From assembly GCA_964203325.1 (NCBI GenBank), contig CAXNNH010000001.1:1-46990 (forward strand): DNA of 46,990 nucleotides. Direction: 5' to 3'. Shown piece by piece: positions 42,761-46,990 of this stretch. The DNA is from Burkholderiales bacterium. Lineage in GTDB: Bacteria; Pseudomonadota; Gammaproteobacteria; Burkholderiales; Rhodocyclaceae. Each line of letters begins with the position of its first letter. Within the stretch, counting starts at the first letter, position 1. Both the position numbers and the translations under genes were made by a program. The notes under the pieces were generated by a model, which ran no database searches, was not told the DNA's origin, and was given only the letters and a program-made list of their open reading frames with translations.

Positions 42761-44767
42761 ATGTCTAGCTTTCCTATTCCCGGCTTCGAACGTGACGCTC
42801 ATGGCAAACCGATCATCGGCCTGACTCCGGATGCGCTCTATGCCTATGGCCATCTGATCCGCTCCAGCGAGCTTTTGGTGCTTGATCAGTTTTCTCGCGG
42901 GTTGGTCTCCGGCACGACCCATACCTGCCTGGGCCAGGAAATCTGTGCGATGGCTGTGGTGCGGGCGCTGACGCATCCGGAAGATGCGGCATTGTCGAAT
43001 CACCGTAATCATGGTCATTTTCTGACCTATTCCGGTGAGTTCGTCGGCCTGGTGGCGGAGATCATGGGTCGCGCCGATGGCGCTTGCGGCGGGCGTGGCG
43101 GTAGTCAGCATCTGGTTTGGCGCCACTTTCATTCGAATGGTGTGCAAGGCGGCATGACCGGCATTGGCGCTGGCCTGGCTTTGGCGCGCAAGTTGCATGG
43201 CAGCGGTGCGGTGGTTGCCGCGATGATTGGCGATGGCACTTTGGGCCAGGGTTTGTTGTACGAGGCGATGAATCTGGCTTCGGTGTGGTCGGTGCCTTTC
43301 CTGGTGGTGGTGGAGAACAACGGCATTTCGCAAACCACGGAACCGCATCAAAACCTGGGCGGTGATATTCAGGCGCGCGGCGCGGCTTTCGGTTTGCAGA
43401 CCTGGCGGGTGGACGATGCTTCTGCCGATTTCTTCGAGCAAGTCGCGGCGGCGGTACAGCAGGTGCGCGAGAGCCAGCGGCCTGGCTTTTTGGTCATCGA
43501 TACCCGCCGCATGGGGCCGCATTCCAAGGGGGATGATCTGCGTGATGAGGCGGTGGTCGCCGCCATCCGCGAACGTGATCCGCTAACCGCGATGGGACGC
43601 CGGCTCTCGGATGCGGTGCGTGATGAAATTGAAGCGCGCAATGCTGCTTTCATCGAGGAGGTGAGGGAAGCCGCCAATGCTTCACCGGAAGCGCTTTGTG
43701 ACGATGCACCGGAACATATTTTCGACCGTGCCGGCGAGCTGGAAGGCCCGGTGCCAAGTTATCCGGTGGTGGCTGCGAAGACCAGCGTGCGCTTGTGCAT
43801 CAATGCCGCGTTGAATCATCTGTTGGCGACTTACCCGGAAACCATCGTGCTGGGTGAAGACCTGCATGATCCTTATGGCGGCGCTTTCAAGGTTACCCAG
43901 GGTTTGAGCACCGCCTATCCCGGTCGCGTGATTTCCACGCCGATTTCCGAAGCCGGCATTACCGGCGCCGCCATCGGCCTGGCGATGGATGGCTTCCGTC
44001 CGATTCTGGAAATCATGTTTGCGGATTTTCTTTCGCTGTGCATGGATCAGCTCTACAACCATGCGGTGAAGTTTCCCGGTGTGTTTCCGGAAGTGATGGT
44101 GCCGTTGATTCTGCGCACACCCTCCGGCGGCCGTCGCGGTTACGGTCCCACGCATAGCCAGAGCCCGGAGAACATCTTTACCGCGATACCGGGTTTGACC
44201 GTTCTTTACGGTAGTCATCGTCACGATGTTGCCCGGTTGCTGGTCGATGCGTCTCGCCGTTGGCCTTATCCGACGTTGTTTCTGGAACACAAGCTGCTGT
44301 ACGGCGAAACGCAGGATGCTGGCGGTTACGACATGCTCACGCCCGATCCGGATGACATCGCCGCCCATCTTTTCCCGACACTGATTCGTCGCCGCCCGGA
44401 CGCGGACCTGACGATTGTTGCCTATGGCGGCATGTTGCCGGTGGTGGAAGAAGCGGCGCAGCGCCTGGAAGACGAGGAGGAGTTGATGGTGGATATCGTC
44501 GTGCCTTCACTGCTTTCGCCGCTGCCGCGCCGCACTTTGCTGGCGCATCTGATGAGCAGCGAGAAGGTGGTGATCGCCGAGGAATCGCACCACGAATTCG
44601 GCATTGGTGCGGAAATCGCCGCTTGCCTGCTGGAAGCCGGTTTTCAAGGCCAGGCTTTCCGCATCGGCACGCCGCCGGTTCCCATCGCTTCCGCGCGCAG
44701 CCTGGAGCGCCAGATTCTGCCGGATGCCGATAAGCTGATCGAAGACATTCTGGATAACCTGTACTGA
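42761..44767 (+). CDS. Fused E1 alpha/beta thiamine-diphosphate-dependent 2-oxoacid dehydrogenase component
   Basis: 668 aa. The alpha part carries the TPP motif IGDGTLGQGLLYEAMNLASVWSVPFLVVVENNG (GDG-x26-NN). The beta part has VLGEDLHDPYGGAFKVTQGL, TPISEAGITGAAIGLAMDGFRPI and RGYGPTHSQS. Confidence 0.85.
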   Translation: MSSFPIPGFERDAHGKPIIGLTPDALYAYGHLIRSSELLVLDQFSRGLVSGTTHTCLGQEICAMAVVRALTHPEDAALSNHRNHGHFLTYSGEFVGLVAEIMGRADGACGGRGGSQHLVWRHFHSNGVQGGMTGIGAGLALARKLHGSGAVVAAMIGDGTLGQGLLYEAMNLASVWSVPFLVVVENNGISQTTEPHQNLGGDIQARGAAFGLQTWRVDDASADFFEQVAAAVQQVRESQRPGFLVIDTRRMGPHSKGDDLRDEAVVAAIRERDPLTAMGRRLSDAVRDEIEARNAAFIEEVREAANASPEALCDDAPEHIFDRAGELEGPVPSYPVVAAKTSVRLCINAALNHLLATYPETIVLGEDLHDPYGGAFKVTQGLSTAYPGRVISTPISEAGITGAAIGLAMDGFRPILEIMFADFLSLCMDQLYNHAVKFPGVFPEVMVPLILRTPSGGRRGYGPTHSQSPENIFTAIPGLTVLYGSHRHDVARLLVDASRRWPYPTLFLEHKLLYGETQDAGGYDMLTPDPDDIAAHLFPTLIRRRPDADLTIVAYGGMLPVVEEAAQRLEDEEELMVDIVVPSLLSPLPRRTLLAHLMSSEKVVIAEESHHEFGIGAEIAACLLEAGFQGQAFRIGTPPVPIASARSLERQILPDADKLIEDILDNLY

Positions 44768-44775
44768 GGAACACT

Positions 44776-45885
44776 ATGGCTCACGCCCTGCACGCCCCGC
44801 GCGTCAACAATAACGACGATATTGTCCAGGTCATCGCCTTCCGCGTCGGCGTTGGCGATTTCGTCAAGCAAGGCGACGTCGTTCTCGATGTGGAAACCGA
44901 CAAGGCGATTGTCGAAGTCGCCGCCGAGAAAGATGGTTATGTGCTGAAGCTGATGTGCGAGATCGACGACAAGGTCGCGGTTGGCTCCATCCTGCTCTGG
45001 CAGGGGGAAAGTGCCGATGAACCGGTGCCGGAAATCGAGGTTGCTACTGCGGCTGCCGGTGGCGGTGGTAATGCACGCCCCACTGCCAAGGCGCGTGCCT
45101 TGCTGAAGGAACTCAGCCTGGACTCCAGTGTGATTCCCCTCGCTGGCGACCGTTTGACGCTTGCCGATGTGGAATCCTATATGGCCGCGCATGGCATCAA
45201 GCGTCGCGACCACACTCCCGCCGTTGCTGTTTCGGCGCAGGAAAGCCTGCCGGATGTGCCGGGTGAGTTGCGCGATCTCAATGCCGAAGAGCGTGGCATG
45301 CTGATTACCGTGTCCTGGCATCGCGACCATGCCGCCGCGACCTATCTGGAAGTGGAATACGACCCGAAAGCCTGGGAAGACCACGCCGCCGCCTATGCCA
45401 GCGCCAACAAGTTGATGCTTTCGCCGCTGCTGCCGCTGCTGGCTTACCGCCTGGTGCAACTGGTCAAGGCCAGCCCTCGACTTAACGCCACAGTGGTGAA
45501 CGGCAAGCGCTTCGAGTACCAACCGGTGAACCTGGGTTTTACCGTGCAGGCCGGTGAAACGCTGTATCTGACCGTGGTGCGCGATGCCGCGTCGCTGGAG
45601 ACCAAGCAATTCATCGAGAACCTGGGTGAAGTGCAACGCCATGCTCTGCAACGCAAGCTTTCTCGCGATGAAACCACCGGCGCGACCATCGCTTTTTCCA
45701 GCATGGCGCGCTGGAACGTCAGCCGCCACATTCCTATTTTGCCGCCCTATTGTTCGCTGATGATCGCCCACGCCGCGCCCAAAGGCAGCGGCCGCGCCGT
45801 GCTAGGCGCCAGCTACGACCACCGCGTGCTGTCGGGCTTTGACGTAGCCCGTTTGTTGATGGAACTGGCCAAGCCACCCGTCTGA
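44776..45885 (+). CDS. Lipoyl-domain E2 acyltransferase (2-oxoacid dehydrogenase E2-like)
   Basis: The lipoyl attachment motif is VLDVETDKAIVEV. A PSBD-like segment follows (ARPTAKARALLKELSLDSSVIPLAGDRLTLADVESYM). The catalytic domain ends in SYDHRVLSG, a variant of the canonical DHRxxDG. The gap to E1 is 8 nt. Confidence 0.8.
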   Translation: MAHALHAPRVNNNDDIVQVIAFRVGVGDFVKQGDVVLDVETDKAIVEVAAEKDGYVLKLMCEIDDKVAVGSILLWQGESADEPVPEIEVATAAAGGGGNARPTAKARALLKELSLDSSVIPLAGDRLTLADVESYMAAHGIKRRDHTPAVAVSAQESLPDVPGELRDLNAEERGMLITVSWHRDHAAATYLEVEYDPKAWEDHAAAYASANKLMLSPLLPLLAYRLVQLVKASPRLNATVVNGKRFEYQPVNLGFTVQAGETLYLTVVRDAASLETKQFIENLGEVQRHALQRKLSRDETTGATIAFSSMARWNVSRHIPILPPYCSLMIAHAAPKGSGRAVLGASYDHRVLSGFDVARLLMELAKPPV

Positions 45886-45907
45886 TATATCAACCAAGGA
45901 AACCCGA

Positions 45908-46174
45908 ATGAACCTCGACCGTGATGCAATCAAAGCCGCTGTGCGCGCTAAAGTAATCGAACTGGCGAAAAATCTCGGCATGGATGCCAGCGAAATTGGC
46001 GACGACGACATCATCCCCGCTACTGGCTATGTTGACTCTGCTGCCATCCTGGAACTGGTGGTCTGGTACGAAGACGCCTACCAGATGCCGTTGAAGCAGG
46101 AAGAAATCAACATCGACAACCTTGGCTCGATCAATTCAATGACCGAGTTTGTGCTCAAGCGCAAGGGCGGCTGA
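45908..46174 (+). CDS. Acyl carrier protein (standalone)
   Basis: 88 aa. GYVDSAAILELVVW fits the phosphopantetheine site D-S-x-x-x-x-E-L. It is an acidic helical protein, 22 nt downstream of E2. Confidence 0.75.
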   Translation: MNLDRDAIKAAVRAKVIELAKNLGMDASEIGDDDIIPATGYVDSAAILELVVWYEDAYQMPLKQEEINIDNLGSINSMTEFVLKRKGG

Positions 46175-46187
46175 ACTCGCCAACGAT

Positions 46188-46220
46188 CGTCATTCCGGCA
46201 TAGTTCTGGCCGGAATCCAG
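46188..46220 (+). repeat. REP hairpin, family D (possible terminator of the ACP operon)
   Basis: cgtcattccggcatagttctggccggaatccag, with stem attccggc/gccggaat. It begins 14 nt after the ACP stop. Confidence 0.65.
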
Positions 46221-46305
46221 TTCGTTGGCGGGTGGCATAGGAGTATTCGATGCGTTGGGTCTGGATACCGGCTTACCCCACACCGGTATGACGGCGGTGG
46301 GTTTT

Positions 46306-46378
46306 GTAGGATGGGCAAAGCTTGCGTGCCCATCAGGCGCTGCGGATTGATGGGCACGCTGCGCTTGGCCCATCCTTC
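46306..46378. repeat. REPIN, family A architecture
   Basis: GTAGgatgggcaaagcttgcgtgcccatca ggcgctgcggat tgatgggcacgctgcgcttggcccatccttc. There are two inverted hairpins (gatgggca/tgcccatc each), the same architecture as 521-602. Confidence 0.7.
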
Positions 46379-46415
46379 GGTGGTTGCCACCCTTCAATGT
46401 CGCGAATTAATGGGT

Positions 46416-46448
46416 CGTTATACCGGCATGATTCTGGCCGGAATCCAG
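46416..46448 (+). repeat. REP hairpin, family D, second direct copy
   Basis: cgttataccggcatgattctggccggaatccag; most of its 33 positions match the 46188 copy. Confidence 0.65.
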
Positions 46449-46990
46449 CGAGGTCCAGTTCGATCCTGACTAAGTCATTCAAACGCCAAGTATCCTTTCG
46501 CCTGGCGCTGTTGATTCGAAACATCGTTATCCTTGCTCCGAATAACTCCAACTGAAACTTTGAAAAAAACCTCGATAAGCAGGAAACCATGCTCAGCGGC
46601 CCTGACCTGACGCAATCCACCCATTAGGAGATGAGGATCTGGCGATGCCAGAGGAGGCGATTCGTCTCGGCTTCCGAATTACGGCATGCCCCGCATGGAA
46701 ACAGGCGTGGAAATCCGCTCGTAATGCTTATTGACGCGGAATGGATAGATTGGAGTGCTGAAATAATGGGCAGGGTGCCCGCAAGTTGGGTGGGCTTGGA
46801 AGATTTATGAAACATTCGGGCTAAAACCGAAGTTGGCTTTAAACCTATTTTCCTCAGTTACCCCGCGTCCCAAGCCAAAGCGGCCCGAGGTAAGCTGGGC
46901 GGTGGAGAGTCTTGGGGCTTTGCGGAGAGGATTCTGGCGACGATGTAGCGCACGAGGGCAGGCCATCGGTCTGATTTTGGCAACTGAGGC

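Noticed and set aside
42568-42768. 66-aa ORF in the divergent intergenic region
   Set aside because: It is largely the translation of the family B REPIN and T-rich spacer and has no coding signature.
42674-45771. Minus-strand ORFs 42674-43522, 43682-44368 and 44644-45771 opposite E1/E2
   Set aside because: They are antisense to genes with intact TPP, lipoyl and catalytic motifs and have no recognisable domains.
46149-46620. ORFs of 66-106 aa on both strands downstream of the ACP gene
   Set aside because: They are translations of REP/REPIN elements (for example the recurring ILAGIQ peptide) and are not genes.

Overview
The window is almost entirely one glycan (O-antigen/EPS-type) biosynthesis super-cluster from a GC-rich, REP-bearing proteobacterium. 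I cannot assign taxonomy beyond that from sequence alone. I found no rRNA, tRNA, CRISPR array or intact IS/transposase.

Layout:
(i) 1-2641 is a decayed border zone. It holds a HEPN fragment, an MNT nucleotidyltransferase whose 3' end is invaded by a REPIN, and a truncated duplicate of the wzt 5' end. It also holds a BRO-N fragment fused to a frameshifted gmd fragment, a DUF4160 remnant with an intact DUF2442 gene, and a multiply inactivated fcl. A ~315-bp direct repeat brackets most of this.
(ii) 2642-20137 carries wzt (ABC ATPase with a C-terminal glycan-binding domain; no wzm is visible). It also carries a DegT aminotransferase with an LbH acyltransferase, about ten GT2/GT4 glycosyltransferases, a secreted DUF5060/DUF4038 (GH140-like) protein and a 651-aa orphan protein. 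Several blocks here are visibly AT-richer than the rest.
(iii) 20256-30602 is an 11-gene tightly coupled operon. It encodes a WbsX-type protein, GT2s, two deacetylase-like proteins, a SAM methyltransferase, a PAPS-type sulfotransferase and a membrane-anchored alkaline-phosphatase-superfamily ('sulfatase-like') protein with a Thr at the nucleophile position.
(iv) 30550-33811 (minus strand) encodes a TPR protein, a GT4 and a membrane-anchored deacetylase-like protein.
(v) 33962-40367 is an Arn/Gtr-like lipid-carrier modification operon: ArnC-like GT2, SDR, ATP-grasp, HAD, GtrA-like protein, WecE and an ArnT-like GT-C.
(vi) 40386-46174 holds a GNAT-fold protein plus a WalW-like deacetylase, transcribed divergently from a fused E1 alpha/beta 2-oxoacid dehydrogenase, a lipoyl-E2 and a dedicated ACP. 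No E3 gene is present.

The most interesting candidates for undescribed biology are the E3-less E1/E2/ACP module wired into glycan tailoring, the Arn-like amino-sugar module with an ATP-grasp ligase, and the sulfotransferase / epimerase-like / deacetylase toolkit.

Several GTAG-headed REPIN families sit at module boundaries and inside decayed genes. All family calls come from motif and sequence recognition by eye; no database search was run.
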